Origin: the human T2T-CHM13v2.0 reference genome, Homo sapiens
Length of the DNA: 64,000 nucleotides
Direction: 5' to 3' (one strand)
Assembly: GCF_009914755.1 (NCBI RefSeq)
Contig: NC_060933.1
Shown: piece after piece, positions 25,862-39,459 of the stretch
Layout: each line of letters begins with the position of its first letter
How positions within the stretch are numbered: position 1 is the first letter of the stretch
Translations under genes and position numbers: made by a program
Notes under the pieces: generated by a model
Told to the model about the DNA's origin: nothing
Databases searched by the model: none
The model's input: only the letters and a program-made list of their open reading frames with translations

Positions 25862-27123
25862 GAAGCTTAAAATAGTCTTTGATTTCCCAGTATGTTCCTA
25901 TTTTTGTATGAATACTGATTTAGTAGTTTCAATCTCCCATCAGGCCAACTCAAGAAGAAAACCATTTGGCTGGTGGAACTCTGAAAAAGTTCATCTTGAC
26001 ATAGAGGTAAGTATTGCTGAGGATTCTTGTTGCTACATTTTTGATCCAACATAACAACCTGGGGAGGCACTCTGAGTATTAAAGTGAATGTGTCTTTTAT
26101 AGTGCTTGTAAATGAAGCTTGTTCAGCCAACAGCAAAGGCAAATGCAGTTGCGGAATTTCCTGCTGGTTTTCTGCTTTTATAGCATCATAATCTTCAAGG
26201 TGGCTTCAAGATGGCACAAGTGTGAAAGGAGTGAATTGTCTGTGAATACAGCAAGAGTGCCCCAAGCAAAAAAATCAAACAATAACAAATCCAAGCAACA
26301 TGAAACACAAAAGCAAAAAATAAAACATTTTTATTTTGATTAAGAACTTCTATTTCCCATCCCATATATGGTTGATGGAAGACAAGAAATGACTTTTGAT
26401 CCAACATTTTTCCTTATACATCCATGAATATAGCTTATGTTGTTTACTTCAAATGCCATTTAAATTCTTTTCGAGATTGATATTTGGTTTCCTCGCCACT
26501 GTTTTTTTTTTAAATAGGGCTGAAGCTGTTCTACTTTCAAATTGCGTTTGTTTTTTTATACGAATGGTTTCTTTCTTTTTCAACTAATATATAAATCTTG
26601 CTTTCTGAATTGGATGTGACACTTGGGGGCTGGTATTTGGCTGGTAACAGTTAACTGGGGGAGGAGGAGTTCATCTGGCATTCGGATTACCCAAAGTTGC
26701 AGTCAATGCTTTGGCAGAGGCAGACCTAGCCATACTGCAGATGTGGTAGTTTGTTGAGCAGAGGGGTGCTGGAGATCAAAGTGTGCTTTCAATTTACAGA
26801 TGAAACTCAGTCCTCAAATGAAGTTTCCTGACACTTCTCCTGTTTTTGTATTGCCATCATCCTCCGAGAAACATTTGGAATGAGAGTATGGTTAGCTTTA
26901 AGATTGATCTGGGTCCCATTTGAGCTTCAGAATGAGGGAGTAAAGGCAGCCACATCTTAATGGTTCTATCAGTTTTACGGTTTGGGGAGTCATAGAAGCA
27001 GGTGCTCCTGGATTGCAATTGCCACCTTCTGTGAGCTCATTCAGTAGGAGGGGTGAAATTAGAAGAAATATTCCATGTTACTGAACCCAGTTACTTGGGG
27101 AGCGATCAAGAATTGCTAAAATA

Positions 27124-27178
27124 TGTGTGTGTGTGTGCACACGCGTGTCGCGTGTGTTTGTACATGTGTGTATGTGTT
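27124..27178. repeat. Interrupted (TG)n purine-pyrimidine alternation
   Basis: tgtgtgtgtgtgtgcacacgcgtgtcgcgtgtgt. Confidence 0.8.
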
Positions 27179-27994
27179 TTATGATCAATAGTTAAGAAAT
27201 TTTGATGGAATGGAGAGAGAGGACCCCAGCAAGCCTCTTAATATATATATATATCTCTAAAGATACCTTTTATTGAACATTACCCAGCTGGCTTGAATTA
27301 TTACTTATAATGTATTCCTTTTTTCTCCAGAAGTTCATATTGGTTCTCTAAGACCTTAAAACATCCTAAAGGAGTATTGATATGCCTAATTAGAGAGGTA
27401 GAAGAACTAATAGACAGAGAGGATGGAGACCTTCTTTGTCATTGATTGCTTTAATGCCTGGTAGCCAAATCAGAGGCTGCACTCATTTCTGAGATGACAC
27501 AATGCAAATCATATGGAAGGAAGAACTGTCTTTTATATTTTGACCCTCTTGGGAAGTGCAGACCCTAAAGCACAAAACACTGACCTTAAACAGGACATAC
27601 GAAAGGAAATATTTTATATGTGTCTGAGCGAGGAATAGTACAGACCGATTTTGCAAGATCTGAAGAGTAGGTTTGCTCACTTTGACGCATCACTTTTCCC
27701 AGAAAAACGTTGATTCAAGAGATGCTTTGGAGAGTGCAGGAGGCAAAGTCTATGGCTTACAATGAAATCAGATGAACATTCAGGCTCGGAAGGTTTAATG
27801 AGATCTTTAGAATGCCTTTCTTTGCTTTGGGCACGATGTTGCTGAAAATTATCTTCAGCTGTTTGCTGATATATGCAGGTCTTTGTTAATTCTGGGTAGC
27901 TGGCATCATGGCAAACTGGGAAACTGAATTGCTCTAGTAATTTAACATTTTGGCCAACAGTTAGACACCTGTTTTCTCCCAACATTAGGATCAC

Positions 27995-28080
27995 CTCACT
28001 CTCTCTGTGTCTCTGTTTCTCTCTCCTCTCTCTCTCTCTCGCTCGCTCTCTCCTCCTTCTCTTTCTGTCTTCTCTTTATC
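27995..28080. repeat. CT-rich low-complexity tract
   Basis: Direct read. Confidence 0.85.
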
Positions 28081-28244
28081 TTGCAAGTTTTCTTTTGGGA
28101 TGTCCATAGGGAAAAAGAACTTTGGAAGAACAAGGTTGCTTGACTGAAAAGAAGGACACCTTAGCAAAAATGTATACTATATATTTTATATATGTTTCAC
28201 AGTCCAATTATAGACCAAAAGAAGAAAATAGATCAAGCAGAGCT

Positions 28245-28320
28245 TCTCAGCAATCAGCAATGAAATAGGCTATCCTAGAAGACTGGGAGTTCTCCCATCA
28301 CTGGAAGTTCAAGTCATCTA
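28245..28320 (+). mobile_element. L3/CR1 3' fragment
   Basis: caatgaaataggctatcctagaagactgggagttctcccatcactggaagttcaag resembles the CR1/L3 3' motif. Confidence 0.5.
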
Positions 28321-28329
28321 CAAGACTTT

Positions 28330-30160
28330 TTGTGGACATGTTATTTCATGTCCCTTTGGTATATATATATATATACACATAAGTGTGTTTACTATATATA
28401 TGTGATTTATATGAGTTCTATTAATAGTTGCTGCACACTCTCTTCAACAATTGGAATTGTTAGTCTTTTTAATTTTAGCCATTCTGGTGGGTGTGGAGTG
28501 GTATCTCATTGTGGTTTTAATGTGTATTTCTATAAAAAAAGATTATGTTGAGCACTGTTTTATGTGCTTATGGGCCATTTTAATTTTCTTCTCCAAAATG
28601 TCCATTTAAAATGTTTCTCCATTTTCTGAACTTTTTATTATTAAAGTATAGGAGTTTCTCATTTATCTTTGATACCAATTCTTTGTCAGATATACGTTAT
28701 GTGAATATTTTTTCCCAGTCTGTCACTTGTCTATTTACTTAATGATGTATTTTAAAGAGAAGTTTCTCATTTTGATGAAGTCTAATAGATGATTATTTTC
28801 TCTCATGATTATTATTTTCTGTGTCCTGTGGAAGAAACATTTCTGACACCTAAGTGGTCGTCCTATCTCCTTTTAGAATATTTCTAATTTAATCATTGAC
28901 ATTTAGATATATAATCCAGCTCAAATAAATTTATGAGTATGGTGTAAGGTAGGGGTCAAAGTTCATTTATTTCCTATGAATACTAGTTGTGCTAGTACTG
29001 TTTTTTGTCAAGACTGATTTTCTTATGGATTGCTTTGGTGCTTTTGTCAAAAATCAAATGATCATATAAATGTGAGTCTATTTCTAAATTCATTATTTTG
29101 TTCTGTTTGCCACTGCGTTGATCATTACACAATACCACACTTACTTTATAGTAAGGCTTGGCATTGGGCAATATTTATCTTCCCACTTTACCCTTTTTGG
29201 AGATTGCTTTAGCTGTTCTAAGTCATTTTCATATCTATTTCCATATAAATTTTAGTATTGGCTTGCCAATTTCTACAAAAAGCCGAGTGGAATTATGATT
29301 GGGATTGCATTGATTCTATAGATCATTTGGGGGAGAGCTGACATCTAAGCAATATTGAATCTTAAAATTCATAAACGTGATTTATCTCCTTTTTTATTAA
29401 AGTTTTAATTAGTCACTCTCAGCAGTTTTGTAATCTTCAATGCAGAAGTCTGACAGGTATTTTGTTAAATGTATTCCTTAGTAAGCATGTTGTGTTTTTT
29501 GTAATAGAAATTGTAAATGAAATTATTCTTTTAATTGAATTTTCCAATTGAAGATACTGATATGCAACAATGTAATTTATTTTGAATATTGACCTTAAAT
29601 CCTGCAACCCTGCTAAACTTAGGTATTAATTCTAGTAGTTGTTTTATATATTCCTTAGGATTTTCTGCATAAGCAATTATGCCATTCGTGAGAGAAGTTT
29701 TACCTCTTTTTAATGGTCTTTTTAATTTCATTTCTTTTAGCCTTATTGTGCCACTAGGATCTCTGGTAAGATGTTGAATAAGTATATTGAGAGTGGACAT
29801 CCTAGCCTTATGCTAAATTTCAAGAAGAAAGCCTTAAGTATTTCCCCATTAAGTATGATATTAGCTCCAGATTTGTTACAGATGGCTTATGTAGTTTGAA
29901 GAAATTCTCTTATTTTTGTAATAGTTTAGATGTTCTATTATGAATGGGTATTAAAACTTGTCAAATATTTTTCTAGCTTTTTTTTGAGATGATTATATAA
30001 ATTTTCTCCCTTATTCTATTAATATGATGAATTATATTGAGTTTTGAATGTTAAGCCTACCTAGCATTCCTGGGACAATCTTCCTTGGTGATGATGGAAT
30101 ACCATTTTTATATATTGCTAGATTTGATTTGAAAATATTTTCAGGTAGTTTTTGTACCCA
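28330..30160 (-). mobile_element. L1M (L1MD/ME-like) ORF2 fragment
   Basis: Antisense ORF2 phrases; track peptide YAENPKEYIKQLLELIPKFSRVAGFKVNIQ is the L1 RT region. Confidence 0.85.
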
Positions 30161-30620
30161 TAAATATAAATTCATTTTTCATTTTAAAAACTCCTTTACA
30201 AAAGTGAACAGTTAAAAACAATTATCTGTCATGGGATTTATGACATATATAAAAGTAAAATGTTTAACAACAATAGTTCAAATTATCTAACATATAGATT
30301 TTAAAGTAAAATTGACATATAGTAAAGATGTATATTACAAAGCGCAGCATAACAATTGAAACACAAAACAAAGAGGTAAAATCAATTAGCCAATAGTGGA
30401 GAAAAAAACAGAATCCTATTAAATACTTAACCCAAAAGAAGGCAGGAAAATAGGGAAAAGTAAAAAACACATAAGTAGAAAATAACAAGATAGTATATGT
30501 AAGCCCAATGATATTGATATTTATATTAAATGTATATCATCAAAACATTCTAATTACAAGAGATTATCAGATTAGATAGAAAATGCCAACAATATGTATT
30601 CAATAGGAAAACCACTTAAT
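30160..30620 (+). mobile_element. L1M fragment spanning the inter-ORF region and ORF2 endonuclease start
   Basis: A-rich; cccaatgatattgatatttatattaaatgta...agagattatcagattagatagaaa resembles the ORF2 start (SIITLNVNG..PIKR.RL..WI). Confidence 0.6.
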
Positions 30621-30690
30621 CCTTATGGTAGTATGTTGTAATTTTTACTTTAAAGTCATATATCTTTTAAAGAAAAAGAAAAAAATTCTC

Positions 30691-30740
30691 TATCTATCTA
30701 TGTATCTATCTAGATATCTATATAGATAGATAGATAGATA
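30691..30740. repeat. Inverted (TATC)n/(GATA)n microsatellite
   Basis: tatctatctatgtatctatc-tagatatctata-tagatagatagatagata. Confidence 0.9.
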
Positions 30741-30957
30741 AGCTAAAGTTTCTAATTTTAATGAAGTCCAATATGTCACCTTTTCACCTTTTTCTTTTAT
30801 GGTTACTGTGTCCTGTGTTCTGTTGAAGAAACATTTGTCTATCTCCGAGTGGCACCCATCTTTTAGGGGGAAGCCATATTTTCTGATTTTAACTCCGGCC
30901 TTGTCACTATACCATGACGAAATTCTGCATATGGTAGTGCTATGCTCACTGTCAAGT

Positions 30958-32404
30958 GCCATCACATTACTTGACTTCAAATTGTACTACAAAGCTATAG
31001 CAACAAAAACAGCATGGTACTTATCTAAAAATAGATACATTGATCAATGGAACAGAACAGAGAACCCAGAAATAAAGCCACATACCTACTGATCTTTGAC
31101 AAAGTTGACAAAAATATACAACGGGGAAAGGACACCCTATTTAACAAATGATGTTGAGACAGTTGGAGAATCATATACAGAAGAATGAAACTGGACCCCT
31201 ATGTTTCACCATAGACAAAAATTAACTCAAGATGGATTAAAGACTTAAATGTAAGACCTAAAACTATGTAAATCCCAGAGGAAAACTTAGGAAAAAATTT
31301 TCTGGACATTGGTCTAGGCAACAAATTTATGATTAAATCCTCAAAAGGACATGCAGCAAAAACAAAATAGAAAAATGGGACTTAAACTAAAAAAAATTTC
31401 TGCACAGCAAAAAAAAAAAAAATAGCAACAGAGTTAACAGACAACTTACAGAATGGGAGAAAATATTTGCAAACCATGCATCTGACAAAGGGCTTGTAAT
31501 TCTTTGAGAATATACAAACAACTCAACAAGAGAAAAACATAACTCCATTAAAAACTGAGCAAAGGACATGAACAGACATTTTTCAAAAGAAGGCATACAA
31601 GTGGCCAAAAAACATGTAAAAAACTGCTCAACATCACTAATCATCAGAGAAATGCAAATTAAAACCGCAATGAGATACCATCTTACACCAGTCAGGATGG
31701 CTATTATTTAAAAAAAAACCAAATAAGAGATGCTGTTGAGGATGCAGAGGAGAAAAGGGAACGCTTATACTCTATTGGTGGGAATGTAAATTAGTACAAA
31801 CTCTGTGGAAAACAGTATGCAGATTTCTCAAAGAACTAAAAATAGAACTACCCTTTGGTCCAGCAATTCCACTACTGGGTATCTACCCAAAGGAAAAAAA
31901 ATATTTTATTAAAAAAAACCTGCACTCGTATGTTGTTTGTAGCACTGTTCACAATAGCAAAGTCGTGAAATCAACCTAATTGTTCATCAATGGATGATTG
32001 GATAAAAAAATGTGGTACACATATGCCACAGAATTCTACTCAACCATTAAAAAAAAAAGGAGTGATATCAAGTCTTTTGTAGCAATATGGATGGAACTGG
32101 AGAACATTATCCTTAGTTAAATGACTCAGAAACTGAAAATCTGTATGTTCTCATTTGTAAGTGGGAGCTAAACAATGGGTGGGTACACATGGACATACAA
32201 AGTAGAATAATAGACACTGAAAACTTCAACTAGTAGGAGGGTGACAGGCAGTGAAGAATGAAATATCACCTGTTTGGGTCTAATTATTTGTGTATGGGTA
32301 CACTGAAAGCTCAAATTTCACCACTATGCAATATATTCATGTAACACAACTGCACTTGTACACATAATTTCATAAAAATAAAAAAATTAATTCCAAAAAA
32401 ATTT
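30958..32404 (+). mobile_element. 5'-truncated L1PB3/4-like element
   Basis: ORF2 ([20 protein letters not shown]...[11 protein letters not shown]) and 3'UTR ttcaccactatgcaatatattcatgtaacacaactgcacttgtac plus A-tail. Confidence 0.9.
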
Positions 32405-32420
32405 AAAAAAGGAAATGTGA

Positions 32421-32769
<349 letters not shown>

Positions 32770-33489
32770 TTACAACTTCCAGTCAGTGGTCACTAGGAGA
32801 TTATGAGATTAGGAATCATATTGTCAGCAGCTGGGCATCCTTGCCATGAGAGATTTCCAGTCCAGGTGTCTGACTGCTATGAATAATGCCTGCAGCCATT
32901 TTTCCTGTCAGGACAGAGTCTTCAATGGCAGATGCTAAGATTATTTGAATATCTCTCTATTCTAGGCCTGTTCCCTATAGACACTACCATTTCACCAACC
33001 ACTTGATAAAAACGTAGTATGTATATAAATGTCTACACCACAAGTTTGAGTTGGTGTGCTCTTCTCCATCAGGGGAGTGAATATTAGCTGGACCATGACG
33101 TAGGAGACTGGGAGTAGGACAAGGTGATGGTAAATGGGGAAAAAAACCTTCCGTGAACAGCTCTTGTAAGTCAATTTGGCTTTAGAGTGAACTGGGGATG
33201 GCATTGTCTGGTTTTCTAAATCACAAGTTAATGGAAGTGAGTTTAATTTTTTCCCCTAATTTAGTATTTTTTTTTCCCAAATGAATCTGACACACAACAC
33301 TATTATTAGAAGAGATCAAGTCTGACCTGCTCTGTAAAAGAAGGTAGATGGCTTAGAAGCCACTTCTTTTCCTCGGTGACAGCCTTGAACAGAGTCTAAA
33401 AATATAGCAAAGATTCTTCATTGACAAGGTTTGGAAAGAAATCCAGTTAAATCTACATTGAGCTATGTTTATTTAGCTGATGAGCCAAC

Positions 33490-34075
33490 ATAAAAACAAG
33501 CATTCTATCACTAAAGCAAAACAGAAAAGACTGATAAAGTCACCTACATAGAAGTTTCAAATTGTGTGATGGTAACAAAAAAAGCTAAAAGACTACAACA
33601 CTCTAGTAGAACAGATTTTCAACATATAAGACAATGGACTAACTGCCTTAATTCACTAAGTGGTCATACAAATCAGTAATGAAAAGATGAGCAACCTTAA
33701 AAAACAAACAGGAAAAAGCAGAGAAAAGGTAATTAACAGAAAAAAGGAATTCAAATACTTAAACAAACATGAAATGAAGCTCAACTTCACTCATAATTAA
33801 GGATATGCACAAAGTAACAATGAGATAATCGTTCTTCCTCTTCCCCATCAGATGGGAAAATATTAAACGGTCTAATGACATCCAGAGCTGGTGGTAAAAG
33901 AGTTAATAATGGAAACCCTCAAACTTTGTTGCTGGTAGAAAATTGATGCAGTCTTTCAGGGGGGATATTTAGCAACATCTATGAAGATAAAGATGACCCA
34001 GCATTCCGTGTGCTAGGTATTTATTCTATAGCTATGCTTGCAAAAAAAAATTGCAAATACATGTCTTTCCAAAGA
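33490..34075 (+). mobile_element. Degraded L1ME 3' ORF2 fragment
   Basis: aacatgaaatgaagctcaacttcactcataattaaggatatgca...aacaatgagata is the ORF2 C-terminal motif. Confidence 0.65.
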
Positions 34076-35639
34076 GCATGTGGATCCTTTCTTCTATACT
34101 CCTCATGCTTTCTCCCATGTGAAAGGACCTCTGCCAACATAAGACTCGGGCCTTTCCCTGTTCCCTCCCCCTCAGGGAAGATGGAGCCATCTATCTAATT
34201 TGTGAGCTTGGAAGGAGAAACAGACATGTGAATCTCTGCCCCTGCCTTTCTCCCTTTCTAAGGAAGCTATCTACCTGAGGAGAACAGGCGTGCCACTCTG
34301 CCTCCTCTATGTTGTAATATATGTTTGTATATGTGTGTGTGCATGTGCTTGTGGGAGAGCAACTCTTACTCGGTGGGTAAATCTTCTGATTTGGGGTTGA
34401 ATTATTAGGAAGCCCTTTGCAGATAGATTTAAACCGCATTCTCTAATATCAGCTTCACAGTATTGAAACAGCATTTTGGCATTTGTATGCCTTAGTCTTT
34501 CTTATCTCTCTCTTATTTGATAGAGAACAGAGAACAAGGGTGGGACAAAAAGGCCAGTCCTTGAGAAATATAAAGGAATGAAATTTTAGGTGCAAAAGGA
34601 ATCATAAAGATATTTGTCTTGGCAGATTAATGTGACCTTATGTTGGGTAATGAGCTGTTTTTCTAGAGTTCTGCCCTATTTTTAATTGCTATAACTGGAA
34701 TTGATAGGTTTTAAGACTAATTTCATGTGGTATTTTAACTTCACCAAGATGATCCAACTGGTGGCATCTTTGTCCACAGGCTAATAGTTATTTTTATATG
34801 GGCCAAACCACCCTAATGCACGCACTTACGGGCTTTAGGGAAGATGCAGGCATCAGCAAACATGCCAGTCTCAGCAAGCACTCACCTCCCTATATCCACA
34901 GTCTTCTAGAGAGCTAGTTTTGCACAAGAGGGATCATCTTTGTAATTAACCTTGACCCTTTTATAGCCAGTATTAATTGAGCATCTACTTGGACACTGGT
35001 GATTTGAAAAGCTTAGGACAAGAATACAATAGCCTTGGTCAGGAAAGAGAATTAACACATACCAGAAACCCTAGTTTACTCAGTTATTTATATGTCTGAG
35101 GTGGACTAGAAATGGAGCCTAGTCTCCAACACGCCTCATCTATGATTAGGGTACTCCTTTTTCTCCCATTATCTATGCCTATGCCTTGTCAGAGCAAATA
35201 AAATAAGACAATGCTATCATAATTCTGTGTCAGTGTCTTGCTCTGCATGTGTATCACTCTGCCTGAGCTGTCCTCTTCCACCTCTGCCTATCCAGATCTC
35301 TGGGATTCTTTAAGACCTAAGTCATATCCTATCTCCTCCTTGATGCCATTCTTGATTGTTTACACTTGTCATCTTCTGTGAGCTCAGAACTTCATAACAA
35401 AGGGGACTCATATTATTGCTTTTATTGCAGACCAAAAATGCCATGGGGGCAGGATTTTATTTTGTATTTCTTACCCTCCTCTCCCTTCACCAACAAATCA
35501 CTGTGCTTTGTAGCTCTAAGAGTTCTCTATGATTATTGGGTAGTTTATAACTTCATAATTGAACAGATTATGAATCAATGATATTTCATATTTCAAAAAT
35601 AAAAATAAAATTTTAATTTTACTAGCCCTGACCAAGAAC

Positions 35640-35960
35640 TATTTTTATTTTCCTATACTCTATGACTTATCATTCTTTGGTCCCCGGTCTCATTGCAGAT
35701 GTACATTGTAGGTAGCATTCTAAATTTTGCATTTTTCTCCTTAATGTATTATCATTAATGAGTTCATGCATCTATATCATCTCCAAAAGTATCGTTACTA
35801 TTAGTTGCATAATTTTCTAGCTTGCCAGTAGGTGATAGTCACTATTCCGTTCCCTTATTATTGAGTATAAAGGTTATTTTTAGTTTTTTACCACAGTGCT
35901 ACAATTAACATCTTCAAATGTGTAGCTTTTTGGTTCTGTTACATTCTGAGGATAAATTCT
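35640..35960 (-). mobile_element. Degraded L1ME 3'UTR fragment
   Basis: T-rich antisense L1M-like phrases (ggttattttagttttttaccacagtgctacaattaacatc). Confidence 0.4.
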
Positions 35961-37799
35961 TAGGGTCTTGTTGGATTCATAATAGATGTTCAATAAATAA
36001 ATGCCATTGATTTTATTCCCAAACATTTTTGAGTAACTTCATAGATTGAGTCACTATACAAGTTCCTAATTTTCCTTTGGTTGACAATGCCATCTACAAA
36101 GAACACTTATACTTACAAAGGAATTTTCTCCTCAGCTCTAATTTCCAACTTCTTTGGGAAATAAGGAGGCACCAGAATCAAAGTCTGCCAAAATGTGGGC
36201 TTTTCCCTTTGGAACATTGGGGCACCAGATGCAACAGCAACAAAACCACCCACATTTGCCTTTGGCTTGAAAGGATAAAACTTTCATGCAGAAAATCCCA
36301 TTACCCAAATGCAATTGTCTCTAGACACATGGACAACACAGCTGTGTGTCCAGGGAAATATGTATTGATCCCTCTCGTGTCTCTACCAGCAGTTCAGATT
36401 CTGCTGTATATTAAAAATGCAGAAGATCTTTCTGAAATTTATTATGGGCTTACCTGGCTACGTTCCTTTACAGAAATAATCACAAACTATAAAACATGCA
36501 AAGATTGAAACAGAGTACATGACATTCACATAAAGACAGTTGTGATTTAAGAGGCAGGAAATGTAATTATGTGCTGCTGACAGTCTTGTCCTTGCTTATG
36601 AAAGGGCTTAGCAAACAAAAAATTCCCGTATCCTGGGCGCTACCAAGTGTTGCTATGGCTTGTTGGAGAGATCCCAAGAATCAACACTGAAAATCACCTC
36701 TCCTGACATAGTGCTTTGTGAATTGCGATAAGTAGATTTATATTTAATTTAGGTGTGTGTTGCTGAATTGATGAATAAATGAACTAGATGCTAGAAGTGT
36801 CTATCTCTAGAACTCATCCAGAGGTAATATGGTATCTCTGTTCTTTATATCCAGGATCTTTGGGTAATGTCTCTTTCCCGTTTTGTTCTGTCCTAAATTT
36901 ACCTCAGTAGTCTACACCATACAGACTAAAAGTGGAAAGTTCACCAGCATCAACAGATCTAATATAAATAGAGAGGGAAAATAATAGGTAAGAGAAGTAG
37001 TAAGGACACACAGGCATATGCACTAGCATGTTCCTACAGTAAGTCAGGAGGCCACAACTAGCATTTACTATTTTCATGCCCTGTTATTAGCCTCTCCACC
37101 TCCTCCTTTTCTCTATCCAGCATCTCAGATGGTCAAGATTCTTTGCCTAGTATGGTAACATAAATATTTATTTCTGAGAAGGCAAAGTTCATAGTAGTCC
37201 TACCTACATGTAGTTTGAGAGAGTCTGCTCTTAAGGTAAGAAGAGTGAAGCAGGAGGTAGTTTAGGGTATCTTCTGGGTTCAAATTCCTCGTGCCCAACA
37301 GCAACATTTTCTGCTATTGTCGGTGTCAATCATACAAAGCCAATCCCATGTCCCCCTTTTTTATGTAAGGCATAAGGTTCTGAAATACCCATAGTGCACG
37401 TCAACTATCATTTAGTGGAAATGTTGTCTGTGCTGCAGTAGAAATGTCTCTCCCATGAGAGCTAAACCTGTGGACCAGCAGAGTGCTAAGTATGAAATCA
37501 AGAGGCAAACACTTTGAAAATAGACTATTAAATGTAAAGTCAAGAGGTACCTTCCACACCTCCACTGTTGGGTTCCCAGGTGTGGTATTTGGGTTGTCAG
37601 TGAAAAGAAATGTTTATACATTACATTATAAAACTATTAATTCAACTTTGTATTTTCTCCAAGCTGGGACTATATCCATTTCTAGTTACTCCTTATAATA
37701 TTTGTCAATATAGCTGCTTTTGGATGATTAGGTACATAATAAGACCAGTGATTATCTCTGGCTTCAGAATTTAGAATGGTGAGCCTGGTTGTTACAGCA

Positions 37800-39200
37800 G
37801 GCTTGCCTAAAGAATTTACAACTGAGCTGAGAGTTAAGGCATGAGAAGGCATTTAATAGATGAAGGAGGAAGGGGCAAGTGTCTTCCAAGCAGATGGAAG
37901 AAAGTACGTGCAGAGCTTGTGGTGGGAGAAATAATATGGAGAAACCCAACACAAATAATAATATAGTGAAGCATAGAGATTGAGGGGAAGAAGAGTATGA
38001 AATGAAGGTAGAGATATAGGCAGGGGCCAGAGCATATAGGGCCTTATTGACCATGCCAGGTATTTTTGGTCTTTATCCTAAAAATGAGAGAGCCAGGAAA
38101 ATGTTTTAAATATTATGTGTGTGTGTGTGTGTGTTGTGGGGGTGGGCAAAGGGGAAATGTTTTGACCTTGCCATATTTGTTATACAAAATTTTCTCTCTA
38201 CCTGTGGCATGAAGAACACATTGTTAAGGGTGCCAAATAAGATACAGAAGACTACTTTAGAGGCTGCAGCAAAAGTGTGAGAAGAAAAAGGTGGTAGCTT
38301 GGTGGCAATGAAGACGGGGAGGAGCGTATAGAATTCAAGAGATTTTCAGAAGGTAACTGAAGACATAGAAATAGATATATTTACCCAAGAAGGAGTACAG
38401 ACTAAGAATCAAAGAAGGGCTAAGTTTGAGCCTTGAGGGAACTTAAACATTTAATACTGGAATGGAAAAGGATAAACCTGTAAAGAGGGCTGATAAGAAG
38501 ATCATAGAAAGTTAGAAGGAAACCAGAAGAGTCTTGTCATGGAAGCTAAGGGAAGAAAGTATTTCTGGCAATGGGTGTTGTCAATAGCATAAAATGCTAG
38601 TGAGAGGTAAAATAAGAGCAGCACTGAAAAATCTCCCTTTGATTTTGTATTCAGGAGACATTGGTGATCCTTAGCAAGAGCTACTTTGGTGGATGAATGT
38701 GAGTGAAAGAAAGACTGGGAAGTGAGCAACAGAGACAGAGACATGGTGACAAATTATTTGAAAAATTCTTCTGTTACAAAAAGGAGGGAGATTATTTGCT
38801 GGGGAGGAATGTGGGGTAGTGGGTGGTGGTGGTGGTGTTTTAATGAGACTTTGTGAGAAGGGATACTGTATAGTGAACATTTAATTAAATAAGAAAGGAT
38901 AGGATTCAAACAGGTAGGTGGCTGCACAGCTCCTTTACTGTGATAACAGGGAAGTGAATGTAGATGTGGGAATATGGAGGTGGCAGGAAACTGAGGAGTT
39001 CCCATTTGATGGCACCTAATTTCTCCGTAAAGTACAAGTTATCTGCTGAGAGGGAAGAGAAATAGGGGGAAAGACTGGGCATTGGAGAGGAGAAGTTTTG
39101 AAATCAGTGTTAGGGAGAATGGAAGAATGAGATGATCATGAAAAGAAAGAAAAGAAACACTAGGACTGCTGGAGGGTGAGGGTGACTATGCATTTACAGT
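37800..39200 (-). mobile_element. L2 element (long fragment)
   Basis: Purine-rich antisense L2 phrases: ctgagctgagagttaagg; ttttggtctttatccta; ttggtgatccttagcaagagc. Confidence 0.75.
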
Positions 39201-39459
39201 ATCAGAATAGGTAGGCTGAGGCGCAGGTTATGGAGAATAGAGGGCAAGTTCAAATGTATTTATCTTGGCCACTAACTCTTAGACTATGTCTAACAGGTTT
39301 TCAGTTAAATACCTAAGATATGAATAGACACTTAGCTAAAAAAGAATAGCATGGGGGAAAAGTCCTGTCTACCGTCTCCCTCACTTGGAGATTCATGTAC
39401 TTTATCGTGCTGCATGGTCTGGAAGAAGTGTTCAAACCAATTGCCTCAAGACAAGTCTT

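Noticed and set aside
36077-36508. 143-aa plus-strand ORF
   Set aside because: Non-ATG (TTG) start, random composition, no domain; length is within chance for 64 kb.
36800-37600. Possible ERVL/MaLR internal-sequence remnant
   Set aside because: Resemblance too faint to assign without an HMM search.
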